Positions 1-10,097 are shown, numbered from the stretch's first letter. The stretch: DNA of 64,000 nucleotides from Candidatus Melainabacteria bacterium 17Bon1m (GCA_032128875.1 JAVLKG010000006.1:192001-256000), one strand, 5' to 3'. Numbers and translations are program-made. Notes: generated by a model not told the origin, from the sequence alone.

Positions 1-279
1 GACAGTCCACGATTTGATTTTTTCGAATTGAACCTTGTCGAGATTATCGTCGATAATGCGTGTTACTTCATCACGCTCGTAAGGCATAACGGGCTCTTGT
101 CGCAATTGTTCGAGCGTGACTTGGGCTAGAAGTTCTTTTGCAGCAACTCTTTCCAGCTCGCTCGCCGCAGCAATGCCTGCCAATTGGTCGCCAGATTTTT
201 CCTCGTTGGCTTTTGCCAGCAAGTCTTTCAAATCGGCAAAGTGGAATTTCTTGCCGCCCGCTTGAATGGACAGACTCAT
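1..279 (-). CDS. eutB: Ethanolamine ammonia-lyase large subunit, 5' part (runs off the window edge)
   Basis: Not in the ORF track. Manual translation from ATG 279 gives MSLSIQAGGKKFHFADLKDLLAKANEEKSGDQLAGIAAASELERVAAKELLAQVTLEQLRQEPVMPYERDEVTRIIDDNLDKVQFEKIKSWTV, matching the EutB N-terminus (LAKAN..SGD.LAG.AA.S..ERVAAK; YE.D.VTR.I). Frame open to position 1. Confidence 0.93.
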   Translation of the reverse strand, partial: MSLSIQAGGKKFHFADLKDLLAKANEEKSGDQLAGIAAASELERVAAKELLAQVTLEQLRQEPVMPYERDEVTRIIDDNLDKVQFEKIKSWTV

Positions 280-367
280 GCGCTGATTTCTCTACAAACG
301 CATACAGAGGAAGCTCAATAGTGTATCGTATTCGGTCCCGATTCTCATAAGTTTTCGGTTTGTTTCC

Positions 368-1105
368 ATGAGCGCGGACTCAAAAGCCAGTAATCACGAT
401 GCGGCGGATTTTTCGTCGAAGACTCCGGCTCGCGTTGCCGTCGGGCGCGCAGGCACTCGCCCTATAACATCTGCCTGGCTTAAGTTTCGCGTCGATCACG
501 CGCTCGCTCGTGACGCCATCTCCAGTGAGTTGGATACGGACTTCATTCAAAAATTTGCTGTCGCCAATGGTTATCCGATCGTTCAGTCATCGGTCGCTTC
601 TAAAGACGAGTTCATCCAATACCCCCCACGCGGAAAAGTTGTCGAGGAAAAAACACTCGCACAACTGAGGACGCAATGCTCAAGCGGCAATGATGTTCAA
701 ATCGTGATCAGCGACGGGCTTTCAGCAAAAGCTGTGGAAAAAAACGCAGCCAATCTTTTGCCGATGATAGTCGATGGTCTGAAGATGAACAATATTTCCT
801 GCGGACTTCCCGTTATAGTTCGCTATGGACGTGTCGCTGTGGGCGATCAAATTGCATTCGCCCTCACGTCACGAGTGGTCATCAACCTCATTGGCGAGCG
901 CCCCGGATTATCTTCCGCAGAAGGGCTCTCTGCCTACATTACGTACAATCCATCGCCGCAAACAATCAGCTCTGATCGAACTGTTGTTTCCAACATTCAC
1001 GAGCGCGGAACTCCCGCTGTCGAAGCTGGCGCTTACATTGTCCGATTGGTCAAAACTATCTTGGAAAGAAAAGTATCTGGCGTAGAACTTCAGAAGTTGA
1101 GCTGA
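368..1105 (+). CDS. eutC: Ethanolamine ammonia-lyase small subunit
   Basis: TPARVAVGRAG, DHALARDA, DVQIVISDGLS, RYGRVAVGDQI, LIGERPGLSSAEGLSAYITY and SNIH motifs. Confidence 0.95.
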   Translation: MSADSKASNHDAADFSSKTPARVAVGRAGTRPITSAWLKFRVDHALARDAISSELDTDFIQKFAVANGYPIVQSSVASKDEFIQYPPRGKVVEEKTLAQLRTQCSSGNDVQIVISDGLSAKAVEKNAANLLPMIVDGLKMNNISCGLPVIVRYGRVAVGDQIAFALTSRVVINLIGERPGLSSAEGLSAYITYNPSPQTISSDRTVVSNIHERGTPAVEAGAYIVRLVKTILERKVSGVELQKLS

Positions 1106-1117
1106 GTCGATTCAACC

Positions 1118-2629
1118 ATGACGACTTTTCTCAGTGTTGGAATCGATGTGGGTACAACCTCCACCCACCTTACGTTTACGCGATTGACTGTGGTCAATGC
1201 TGCGCTTGTAAACCAATCGCCGCTTCCAAAAATCGAAAGCCGCGAGATCATATTTCAAAGTCCCATTCATTTGACTCCGCTTACCTCAGACGGCGTAATC
1301 GATGCTCAATCGGTTTTCAAACTAATCGAAGCCGAGTATGAACGTGCTGAAATAAAACGCGAAGACATAAAAGTCGGAGCGGCGATAGTGACTGGTGAGA
1401 CAGCGCTGAAACGCAACGCCCGTGAGGTTGTTGAGCAACTTTGCCTGCTGTCCGGTGATCTCGTTGCTGTCAGCGCTGGTCCACATCTCGAAGCTGTTCT
1501 TTCCGCTCGCGGATCAGGTGCAGTTGCAGCGTCAGCGCAAAATTGCTCGACAATTTTGAACATCGACATCGGTGGTGGAACGATGAATTTGGCGCTCTAT
1601 AAAAATGGCGCGTTGATTTCTACTCACTGTCTTGGAATTGGTGGTAGATGTTTTCAGTTCAAACATGGACAGAGCGCGGATTCCGAAGAATTTGAAGTAA
1701 GTGCTATCAACGAGAGTGGATTTTTCTATCTGCCTGCTGGTTTCAAAATTGGCGAAAAGTTGAAATGCGAGCAGCTGACTCGAATTGCAAATTTGATTGC
1801 ATCAGATGTGGTCGATTTCATAAATCAGAAAGGCGACGACACGAAGTTGAAAAATCTTCCTCTCACTACGTTCGAACCTGACTGGTCTTCGCCTGATGAA
1901 ATATGGCTCTGTGGCGGCATTGCAGAGTTTCTTCTGGATGAAAAACTGAATCGTTTCCAATTCTGTGACATGGGTGGTCTGATAGCTGACGCATTGCTTT
2001 CAAACTTGAAAACCGCCAAATTGAATTTCAAAATTCCTCAGCAGCCGATTCGCGCGACAGTAACCGGCGCCGGAATGTATTCGATGCAAGTGAGTGGATC
2101 AACGATCGATTTTGATATCGAGCATCTGCCGTTGCGCAATGTCCCCTTGCTGAGACCGTTTGAAGACAAAAGTCAATTATCGGATGAAGACGAAATCGTG
2201 GACAGAATAAAATCAGCAATCGAGCGCATTGATCCTGAAATGCGAGTTAACACAATTGCATTCGAGTTACCCTCGCTCGAAAAATCTCTCGATTACAATT
2301 CGCTGAAGCAAATCGCTCACGGGTTGGCAGCTGCAGCAATTAAAATTGCTAGATTGCGTCCTTTTGTTCTAGTCTTGCAGGAAGACTTGGGAATGGCTCT
2401 GGGGCAGCTTTTCCGGCTTTCGAGTCAGGAGATTCTTAGGCCAGAAGCCGAGCCAAATTCCGGCGACAAAAAAAACGCTGTCGACTCTTGTCCATTGATT
2501 GTTTTAGACGGTATTACAACCACTGATGGCGATTTTATTGATATTGGTAAACCGGTGAGTTTGGATTCGAACGGAATCGCGCGCACGGTTCCTGTCGTGT
2601 TGAAAACGCTAGTGTTCGGAAACCCATAG
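1118..2629 (+). CDS. eutA: Ethanolamine ammonia-lyase reactivating factor
   Basis: SVGIDVGTTSTH, IVTGETA, AGPHLEAVLSARGSGA, NIDIGGGTMN, IRATVTGAG, VPVVLKTLVF; 12 nt after eutC. Confidence 0.92.
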   Translation: MTTFLSVGIDVGTTSTHLTFTRLTVVNAALVNQSPLPKIESREIIFQSPIHLTPLTSDGVIDAQSVFKLIEAEYERAEIKREDIKVGAAIVTGETALKRNAREVVEQLCLLSGDLVAVSAGPHLEAVLSARGSGAVAASAQNCSTILNIDIGGGTMNLALYKNGALISTHCLGIGGRCFQFKHGQSADSEEFEVSAINESGFFYLPAGFKIGEKLKCEQLTRIANLIASDVVDFINQKGDDTKLKNLPLTTFEPDWSSPDEIWLCGGIAEFLLDEKLNRFQFCDMGGLIADALLSNLKTAKLNFKIPQQPIRATVTGAGMYSMQVSGSTIDFDIEHLPLRNVPLLRPFEDKSQLSDEDEIVDRIKSAIERIDPEMRVNTIAFELPSLEKSLDYNSLKQIAHGLAAAAIKIARLRPFVLVLQEDLGMALGQLFRLSSQEILRPEAEPNSGDKKNAVDSCPLIVLDGITTTDGDFIDIGKPVSLDSNGIARTVPVVLKTLVFGNP

Positions 2630-2709
2630 TGGTTCTATCGTGGGTCGCATTGCATGCGCCCTTGAAAAATTTTCTAGAGACTTACCCGCTCCACCGTAGC
2701 CTGCTTTGA

Positions 2710-3309
2710 CTAGTCAAACACACACTTCAATGTGAGCGCATGTTTAAGTCGCTCCAAATATTCTTTACGCGAAATCTGTAACGCATTGAATGTGCTCAAG
2801 TGATCCGTCACGTACTGGGAATCGAGTAGCACAAAACCTCGCTCCTTCATGCGTTCTACTAGATAAACGAGACTGACTTTCGAAGCGTCAGTGACGCGGT
2901 GAAACATCGACTCGCCCATAAACGCACCGCCAATACTTACGCCATATAAACCGCCTGCAATTTCGCCCTCAAAATATGCTTCGACCGAATGCGCAAAACC
3001 GTGCTCATGCAGTTCGCAATAGACGCGCAAAATGTCTTCAGTAATCCACGTGCTATCGCGTTCAGCACACAATCGCATGATGCCTTCAAAGTCATGATTC
3101 ACTCTCATTTCGAATTTACCGCTGCGAACCGTTCGCATCAAACGCTTGGACGCGTGAAAATCGTCCAGCGGAATAATGCAACGCGGATCAGGCGAGTACC
3201 AACGAATAATGCCATCATCGTGACCCATCGGAAAAATTCCAGCGGTGTACGCGCGCAGCACGAGTTCGGCAGTAAACTCGGGCTCAATCTTGTCACGTAA
3301 CCATTTCAT
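2710..3309 (-). CDS. aat: Leucyl/phenylalanyl-tRNA--protein transferase
   Basis: AYTAGIFPM, WYSPDPR, GFAHSVE, GGLYGV, GESMF, DASKV motifs. Confidence 0.95.
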   Translation of the reverse strand: MKWLRDKIEPEFTAELVLRAYTAGIFPMGHDDGIIRWYSPDPRCIIPLDDFHASKRLMRTVRSGKFEMRVNHDFEGIMRLCAERDSTWITEDILRVYCELHEHGFAHSVEAYFEGEIAGGLYGVSIGGAFMGESMFHRVTDASKVSLVYLVERMKERGFVLLDSQYVTDHLSTFNALQISRKEYLERLKHALTLKCVFD

Positions 3310-3336
3310 CGATTGCTTTGCTTATCAGACCGGAAT

Positions 3337-3909
3337 TTACTTCTTCAATTCATTCTTCGCTGATGCTGGGGTCAAGCTTCGAATGTACGCAATTAAGTCT
3401 GTCATGTCATTGTCGTCGACTCGAGCCTTACTAAAGGATGGCATACCTGCTTTTAGAACGCCCGTCCGGATTAACTGTTCTATTTGCCCATCTTCTTTAT
3501 AGCGAGCGAGAAAGCCGGGACCTTTGAGCGGGCGGTATGGGTGTAGCGAATTTTCGCCATTGGGGTGGCATCCCGAACAGGTCAGCTTATTGAATAAAAA
3601 TTTGCCTCTGGCGATCTTGTCGGGCGATGGTTTCGCTGACTTTGGTTTTCCCTCGCCCGCTTTACCTGCAGATGTTTTGTCTGCACTCGCTTTTCCGGCA
3701 CCCGTTTTGTTATCAGTGGATTTGCCGGCGGGTTTTGCCTGAACTTCTTTAGCCGCGGAAGTTTTAGCAATTTGGGTGGTGACGGGTTTTGATGCAAGCA
3801 CTGGGCTAAAAACTCCCAGAACAAGCGCCAAAATTATCAGCGTGTTTCTTCTCGTTGCCGAGCCCGGGTGCCAAACTGGGATTCCAAAAAAATGTTTTTG
3901 CCGCTTCAT
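3337..3909 (-). CDS. Exported class I cytochrome c (c6-like) with Lys/Ala-rich linker
   Basis: Hydrophobic signal segment, low-complexity linker, CSGCH haem motif, GMPSF axial Met, AYIRSL end. Confidence 0.85.
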   Translation of the reverse strand: MKRQKHFFGIPVWHPGSATRRNTLIILALVLGVFSPVLASKPVTTQIAKTSAAKEVQAKPAGKSTDNKTGAGKASADKTSAGKAGEGKPKSAKPSPDKIARGKFLFNKLTCSGCHPNGENSLHPYRPLKGPGFLARYKEDGQIEQLIRTGVLKAGMPSFSKARVDDNDMTDLIAYIRSLTPASAKNELKK

Positions 3910-4117
3910 GTTCTAAATTCTAGCGCTCACCAGGGCGTTTCATCTTTATAGACCAAATTTGCCCAACTTCATTGTTACCGTGCCAGTGTAGGTTCACCAC
4001 CACCGAGCCTTCTTACTAAGCCAACCTCTCCTCCTTTTTTCCCATTCTTTTCAGCAACTACAGATTTCGAGCAATTTGCTTTTGGGATCTTAGGGCTCGA
4101 TTTTCAGGTAAAAGCCT

Positions 4118-5029
4118 GTGAGTGAATCATCCACTATTAGACAGCAAGATGCGAAAACTGGTTCCGAGACCTTGCGCTCATCCACGGAACATCATGCATC
4201 AGCACGCTTGTTCGATGAAGCAGATGCGTTGCGTGCTTCTGCAATTACGGATGTGAAACAAGCACAATGCGCACGCCAGCCCTCTGCGGGTGAAGTACCT
4301 GTGATGAAGCCAGGGAAGGCGACAAGCGGATGTGACTATCAAGATCTGAAGAGAGTGGCGCAGGACTCTGGAGTGTTGAATGTTCCCAATCTCTGGGCTA
4401 CCGGTTCTGAATCTACTGCGCGGATTGTCTTGCACGCGAAAAAAGGAACTGAAGACGGCATCACTCAAGGTACTGGTGTAGCTATCGGGAAAGTCGGTGA
4501 CCAGTGTGTGATGGCAACAGCGCGCCACGTTGTCGAAAGTACTTCAAAGCGCCAAATAGTTGCCAGCGCGGTAGAAATGAACGACGGTAATTTCTACAAA
4601 TACGATGTGAAAATCATGGACCCGCTCAGCGATCGCGCGGTGATTGCTGTGAAGACCGGCGCTAAGACTGATGAACTTTGTCATCCTGTTGTAGCTGGCG
4701 AATCAGTTATGAACTCTGGAAAAGCCGCGATAGTCAGCTATCCGGGCAATTCGAATTCGAAGCATTTGTCGATGGCGCGCGTTGAAGGCGTTAAGGACAG
4801 TGCGCCATACACGGCTGATGCGAAGGGAAGTACGAAGGAAATTTATACCGAAGCGCACACGAAGAAGGGAAGTTCTGGCGCGCCGATGTTCGACACCACC
4901 GGCAAACTCCGCGCATTAGTTACGCGCGGACCAATTGATGGTCGCCCGGATGACGATGTGACCGTGCTTGCGCCCGTCACAACTCAAGACCAGCGGCGCT
5001 GGATGGAAGAATTCCGTAAAGCTAGATAG
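4118..5029 (+). CDS. Trypsin-like (S1) serine protease
   Basis: GTGV, TARHVV (His), DRAVI (Asp), GSSGAP (Ser). Confidence 0.8.
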   Translation: MSESSTIRQQDAKTGSETLRSSTEHHASARLFDEADALRASAITDVKQAQCARQPSAGEVPVMKPGKATSGCDYQDLKRVAQDSGVLNVPNLWATGSESTARIVLHAKKGTEDGITQGTGVAIGKVGDQCVMATARHVVESTSKRQIVASAVEMNDGNFYKYDVKIMDPLSDRAVIAVKTGAKTDELCHPVVAGESVMNSGKAAIVSYPGNSNSKHLSMARVEGVKDSAPYTADAKGSTKEIYTEAHTKKGSSGAPMFDTTGKLRALVTRGPIDGRPDDDVTVLAPVTTQDQRRWMEEFRKAR

Positions 5030-5037
5030 ATTTTCTT

Positions 5038-5700
5038 CTATTCTTCGAAGTTCAGATTCATTGGCGTGGCTGAATATCCGGTGCCATGTGCGTACTTGCC
5101 GGTGAGAGGAACGTCCTTACCGACTTCTTCAAGACTCACATCGTCAACCCACACCTGTCCTTTTCCAATTAACATCATTCCGAACGCTATGCCTGTGGAC
5201 TTTGCCGGCAGCTGAACAACCAAATCATACTTCTTCCAATCCGTAATTCCATTGATGGGTCTATCGTCCATGTTATCGAAAGCCCCAGTTTTCGTGTCAG
5301 ATTCCCACTCACCGTCGATGCGTATCCATAGTTGACAGGTTCCGGATTCAATTTTTGATTTGACCCATGCGGACAGCTTTACTCGCTTTCCCACGTAGTT
5401 CTTAGCGTCAATGTATTGCATCAAATTGCCGAATGGTCTTGGCTTTTTGACGATAGATCTCAGAGTCGCGCAAGACTTACCGCTATGCTTTTCGCTTGTA
5501 TCAATGAATGTCTCGTAGTCGCTCTCATGTTCAGCGCAATACATCCAGCCCTTTGGCGTTTTAGTTTTTGAAGCGACGTCAGCTGCAGCGTCTTTCGCTG
5601 CTTCGTTGGCGCGAGCCGGTGTAACAAAAGCCAGCATATTTGAAATTGCTAGGAGTGTTCCTAGGAAAGTCATTGCATTGATTCTCGATGGCTGTTTCAT
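5038..5700 (-). CDS. Exported beta-sandwich (carbohydrate-binding-like) domain protein
   Basis: Signal peptide ending PARA; GKRVKLSAWVK, FDNMDDRPINGITDWKKY, GKGQVWVDDV pattern; function unknown. Confidence 0.55.
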   Translation of the reverse strand: MKQPSRINAMTFLGTLLAISNMLAFVTPARANEAAKDAAADVASKTKTPKGWMYCAEHESDYETFIDTSEKHSGKSCATLRSIVKKPRPFGNLMQYIDAKNYVGKRVKLSAWVKSKIESGTCQLWIRIDGEWESDTKTGAFDNMDDRPINGITDWKKYDLVVQLPAKSTGIAFGMMLIGKGQVWVDDVSLEEVGKDVPLTGKYAHGTGYSATPMNLNFEE

Positions 5701-5794
5701 GCTTTGCCTCGTATCAAACGTTTCGAGTGACTGTGAGTAAGTTACTATGGAACTATGGTCTTATCATTCCCGCGTTCGAGAGAGAAACTAAACC

Positions 5795-6151
5795 TTGCGC
5801 TGGAAATACCTAAAGATTGCTTTGATTGGCGCCCTCCTTGGGTTTCTTGGGCAATTTTTGTTTGATTTTTTCACGCCAAATATTGATGTCGATTATCACG
5901 GGCACAGGCAAAAAGATTCGGCGTTCCAAATCTTCTGTTCTATGCACGGTAATTCAAAGTTGTGTGCCGAAGATCAAAACCTTGTGATGCAATGCATACC
6001 GTTGTTTTTTCAAGCGTTAACATTGATATGGTTATCGGAAAGTTCGGAAGGCGCCTTGCGTACTGCTGCTATTTCCGCCCTATTGCTGGTCGCGATTGTT
6101 CAATCTATTGAACACCTGAAGCGCAATAAGCTGATGGCGAACAATTCCTAA
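5795..6151 (+). CDS. Hypothetical membrane protein
   Basis: Fills the gap between flanking genes; several hydrophobic segments; TTG start. Confidence 0.45.
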   Translation: MRWKYLKIALIGALLGFLGQFLFDFFTPNIDVDYHGHRQKDSAFQIFCSMHGNSKLCAEDQNLVMQCIPLFFQALTLIWLSESSEGALRTAAISALLLVAIVQSIEHLKRNKLMANNS

Positions 6152-6669
6152 AGCCCCGGAGTGCTAGGTGGGCGGAGTTCGCCGAGTTCGCCTTTGATGT
6201 TGCCGAACCAAACGCGCGGAATCAATCCTATTCCCCGAATCAGAGGTGGTGGTTCCGGCAAATCGGCTCCATATGTGTGCAGCACACTAAATGTTTGATG
6301 AACGCAATTGTTTTTTAGCAAATTCCATCCACCTGCACCACTAGCTGCCGCCGCTTGTATCGCCTCTTTCGGTTTAGGATTTTGAACTGGGAAGGCTTTG
6401 AAGTGATGGTATCGTATATGGTGTCCAGACTTCATGATGTCCATCATCGAAGCCAGCGTTCCTTCCTGGCACCAGTAGTCTACATCGGCGCCAACTGGAA
6501 CACTTGCGTATCGCATCCAAGCCATAAAATCGTGCATATCGTGGTGGATCAAATGATCAGTAGAGCCAAATAGGTAGCGGTCGTATCCATCGAGCTTTAA
6601 GCCCCAGCCGATGTGTCCTAGATGAGCTGCTTGTTTGAAATTGATAAAGACAAAAGCGCGACCGATCAT
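6148..6669 (-). CDS. Hypothetical protein, possible permuted papain-like fold
   Basis: Start moved to ATG 6669 (MIGRAF) to avoid overlap with folA; GHIGW early and NNCVH late. Confidence 0.55.
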   Translation of the reverse strand: MIGRAFVFINFKQAAHLGHIGWGLKLDGYDRYLFGSTDHLIHHDMHDFMAWMRYASVPVGADVDYWCQEGTLASMMDIMKSGHHIRYHHFKAFPVQNPKPKEAIQAAAASGAGGWNLLKNNCVHQTFSVLHTYGADLPEPPPLIRGIGLIPRVWFGNIKGELGELRPPSTPGL

Positions 6670-6688
6670 GGGATTCCTGTTCGAAAGC

Positions 6689-7222
6689 CTACAAAGCCGA
6701 CTTCTTCTCGTATCGCTGAAAGCGGTATTCGATGTCGTTCTCTTCCATGGTATCCGATACGGCAGCAAGCGCGAAGCGGTCGTCTATAGCGGGAAAATGC
6801 GCATCGCAGTCAAACTCTTGCAGAATGCGCGTCAAATGAATTGTGGTGAGCATCGGGTGCTGTAATGCTTCTTTGTAAATCTGTGCGCCGCCTATGATAT
6901 AGCAGTGTTCGTGCGGGATGCTCTCAAGTTTCTCAAGCGCAGATTCCAAACTGTTGCAGACTAAAACACCATCAGGTACGTCGATTTCAGTCTGTTTTGT
7001 AAGGATGATATTCAATCGATCTTTTAGCGGGCGGCGTTTTTCCGGAATTGACTCCCAGGTTTTGCGCCCGACAATAATCGCGTTTTTGTGCTCGCCCGTC
7101 GTACCCGTCGTGAGCGACTGGAAAAACTTCATGTCGCCAGGGATGCGCCACGGCAGTGAATTATCTTTACCAATTCCATTATCGAGATCGGCCGCAACAA
7201 CTATTTCGAGTTTTTCTGCCAC
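6689..7222 (-). CDS. folA: Dihydrofolate reductase
   Basis: GIGKDNSLPW, DMKFF, GRKTWESIP, RPLKDRLNIIL, IIGGAQIY, CDAHFP. Confidence 0.97.
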   Translation of the reverse strand: MAEKLEIVVAADLDNGIGKDNSLPWRIPGDMKFFQSLTTGTTGEHKNAIIVGRKTWESIPEKRRPLKDRLNIILTKQTEIDVPDGVLVCNSLESALEKLESIPHEHCYIIGGAQIYKEALQHPMLTTIHLTRILQEFDCDAHFPAIDDRFALAAVSDTMEENDIEYRFQRYEKKSAL

Positions 7223-7279
7223 TGAATGCTCCTGAGAAACTATTTCATCCCGACAGAATTACTTTCAGGAAAGACTATG

Positions 7280-7300
7280 TCGGCTGGAAGCCGGCGCTCC
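7280..7300. repeat. REP-like palindrome, GGAGCG family
   Basis: TCGGCTGGAAGCCGGCGCTCC between thyA and folA; related copies at 12021, 12053, 21292, 34184, 49300, 56758, 60977. Confidence 0.7.
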
Positions 7301-7307
7301 GGCCGGC

Positions 7308-8123
7308 TTATACGGCAACAGGGAATTTGATAAAGCCCTGGTGATCGTAATTTTTCAGAACGAAATCTTCAAACTTGACTTCGAGCACCGGTTTTACAGG
7401 AATCTCAACCTCAGGCAATTGCCCAGGCTGTCTTTGCAGTTGCTTTTGCAGACCTTCCAAATGATTTTGATAAATGTGCGCGTCGCCAATAGTGTGGGTG
7501 AAAATGCCTGGGGTCAGTCCGCACTCTTGCGCCATCATTATCATCAGCAGTGAATAGCTGGCAATGTTGAATGGAACGCCCACCGCAAGGTCGGCAGAGC
7601 GTTGATAGAGTTGGCAATCCAGTCTGCCGTTTATTACATAGAACTGGAACATCATGTGACAAGGCGGAAGCGCCATTTTGGGAATGTCGGCGACATTCCA
7701 TGCTGTGACGATAATGCGGCGCGAGTCAGGATTGTTCTTTATCAGATCAATCGCATTTTGAATTTGGTCGACATGCCGCATCTTGTAAAGTCCGGTCTTT
7801 TCGTCGAGGTCGTATGCCGGCCACTTTCGCCATTGATAACCGTAAATAGGACCGAGTTCACCATCGGGATTCGCCCAAGCATCCCAAATATTGGTGTGCT
7901 CGTGGAGGTCTTCATTGATATTTGTCGAACCCTTGAGAAACCACAGCAGCTCTCTGACAACGGCCGCGAAATTGACTTTCTTGGTCGTCAATAGCGGAAA
8001 GCCCTTGCGCAGGTCGTATTTTGTCTGTGTGCCGAACAGAGAGATAGTGCCCGTGCCTGTCCTATCCTCGCGCTTTTCGCCTTCCTCGAGGACAGTTCTG
8101 ATCAAGTCAAGGTATTGTTGCAT
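7308..8123 (-). CDS. thyA: Thymidylate synthase
   Basis: [54 protein letters not shown]. Confidence 0.98.
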   Translation of the reverse strand: MQQYLDLIRTVLEEGEKREDRTGTGTISLFGTQTKYDLRKGFPLLTTKKVNFAAVVRELLWFLKGSTNINEDLHEHTNIWDAWANPDGELGPIYGYQWRKWPAYDLDEKTGLYKMRHVDQIQNAIDLIKNNPDSRRIIVTAWNVADIPKMALPPCHMMFQFYVINGRLDCQLYQRSADLAVGVPFNIASYSLLMIMMAQECGLTPGIFTHTIGDAHIYQNHLEGLQKQLQRQPGQLPEVEIPVKPVLEVKFEDFVLKNYDHQGFIKFPVAV

Positions 8124-8381
8124 CCTGCTACCTCTCTCATTATTCGGCGATTTGCGCCGGTTTCAACAGCATAAAGAATAGCAGGAAAGCCGCATCGCTG
8201 CCAGGTTCTGTCGTATTTCGAGTCTGTATAAACTCTATATCTTTCGCGGCTCTCATCTGTTTTTATCCATCTTAAAACTAAGCTGAAAACGGAAGGATTT
8301 TGCGATTTGGCACCTTAATATGGTGCGTCCAGATCAAACATTCTTTTGTCTGGTTTTACAGGATGCAGCCAGGAGTTTCCA

Positions 8382-9941
8382 ATGCTTACCGAGTATCGCA
8401 ACGAGCCATTCACGGATTTTTCCAACGCCGACAATCAAAAGGCTTTCACACATGCACTTGATGTGGTCAAAAAGACGTTAGGTAAAGATCATCCGCTCGT
8501 CGTCGGCGGTGAGCGCTTGCCGGTTGAGGGCGATGATTGGTTGGTTTCTACCAATCCGTCTCATCCAAAACAAGTTGTCGGTCGCTACGCGAAAGCCACG
8601 CAACAGCAAGCTGAACGCGCCATGAAAGTTGCCTGCGAAGCATTCGAGAGTTGGAAGCGCGTGCCGGGACCAGAGCGCGCACGTTTCCTTTTCCGCGCCG
8701 CTGCGATTATGCGCCGCCGCAAACATGAGTTCTCTGCATTCATGGTCATGGAAATCGGCAAGAGCTGGGCGGAAGCAGATGCTGATACCGCCGAAGCGAT
8801 TGACTTCATGGAATTCTATGGTCGCGAAATGATTCGCCTCAGCGAGCCTCAGCCGCTGACGAAAAACCCCGGCGAAGAAAACGAATTGCATTACATTCCA
8901 CTGGGCGTCGGCATTGTTATTCCACCATGGAATTTCCCGCTGGCAATTCTTGTCGGCATGACCACCGCATCGATTGTTTGCGGCAACACAGTCATTTTGA
9001 AACCGTCGAGCGAAACACCAGGCATCGCTTGGAAGTTCTTCGAATTGATGGAAGAGTGCGGACTTCCCCCGGGCGTTCTAAACTTCCTTCCGGGCGCTGG
9101 TTCTACAATCGGCGACTTCCTCGTTGAGCACCCGAAGACTCGCTACATCGCATTCACCGGTTCGAAAGAAGTTGGTCTGCGCATCAACGAGTTGGCAGCT
9201 AAGCCCCAGCCCGGACAAATGTGGATCAAGCGTGTTGTTGCAGAAATGGGCGGCAAGGACTCCATCATCGTCGACAACTGCGCCGACCTCGATGAAGCTG
9301 CAGACGGCGTCGTCGCCAGCGCATTCGGATTTGGCGGACAGAAGTGCTCTGCCTGCTCACGCGCAATCATCCACAAAGATGTGTACGACGAGCTGGTCAA
9401 GAAAATCAAAGAGCGTGTCGACAAGCTCGCAATCGGCAACCCTGAGGATCGCAAGCACTATATGGGACCTGTCGCATCCAAGTCTCAGTACAAGAGCGTG
9501 CTTGAATACATCGAAATCGGCAAGAAAGAAGGCAAACTGCTTTGCGGCGGCAACGCAATCAAGAACAAAGAAGAAGGCTTCTTCATCGAGCCGACCGTGA
9601 TTGCTGATGTCAGCCCGACTGCGCGCATTGCGCAAGAAGAAATCTTCGGACCCGTACTCGCGCTCATCAAGGCAGACGGCTGGAGGCACGGATTGGAAAT
9701 CGCCAACAACACCGAATTTGGTTTGACCGGTGCCGTCTACTCCAAAAACCGCCGCAACCTCGAACAAGCTCGCCACGACTTCCATGTCGGCAACTTGTAC
9801 ATCAACAGAAAGTGCACAGGCGCGCTCGTCGGTGTTCATCCGTTCGGTGGTTTCAATATGAGTGGAACCGATTCCAAGGCTGGCGGTAGAGATTATCTGC
9901 TGCTCTTCACACAAGCAAAATCAATCGCAGAACGTTATTAA
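8382..9941 (+). CDS. pruA: 1-pyrroline-5-carboxylate (L-glutamate gamma-semialdehyde) dehydrogenase
   Basis: YRNEPFTDF, PWNFP, FTGSKEVG, EMGGKD, GQKCSAC, EEIFGP, PFGGFNMSGTDSKAGG; ATG 8382 follows AGGAG. Confidence 0.95.
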   Translation: MLTEYRNEPFTDFSNADNQKAFTHALDVVKKTLGKDHPLVVGGERLPVEGDDWLVSTNPSHPKQVVGRYAKATQQQAERAMKVACEAFESWKRVPGPERARFLFRAAAIMRRRKHEFSAFMVMEIGKSWAEADADTAEAIDFMEFYGREMIRLSEPQPLTKNPGEENELHYIPLGVGIVIPPWNFPLAILVGMTTASIVCGNTVILKPSSETPGIAWKFFELMEECGLPPGVLNFLPGAGSTIGDFLVEHPKTRYIAFTGSKEVGLRINELAAKPQPGQMWIKRVVAEMGGKDSIIVDNCADLDEAADGVVASAFGFGGQKCSACSRAIIHKDVYDELVKKIKERVDKLAIGNPEDRKHYMGPVASKSQYKSVLEYIEIGKKEGKLLCGGNAIKNKEEGFFIEPTVIADVSPTARIAQEEIFGPVLALIKADGWRHGLEIANNTEFGLTGAVYSKNRRNLEQARHDFHVGNLYINRKCTGALVGVHPFGGFNMSGTDSKAGGRDYLLLFTQAKSIAERY

Positions 9942-10097
9942 TTCCCGCGATTGAATCTTTGATTTCGAATTTTCAAAAGGACGTATCCGCGTCCTATCAT
10001 GCATCACAGCCGTTTTTACGGCATTTGCGGCATGGTTACCGATTGGCGTTTCAGGGAACATCTGGGACATACCCTGCTGCCTCTCAGGTTCTGAAAT

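Noticed and set aside
138-350. Plus-strand 70-aa ORF in the track
   Set aside because: Antisense shadow of the eutB 5' end
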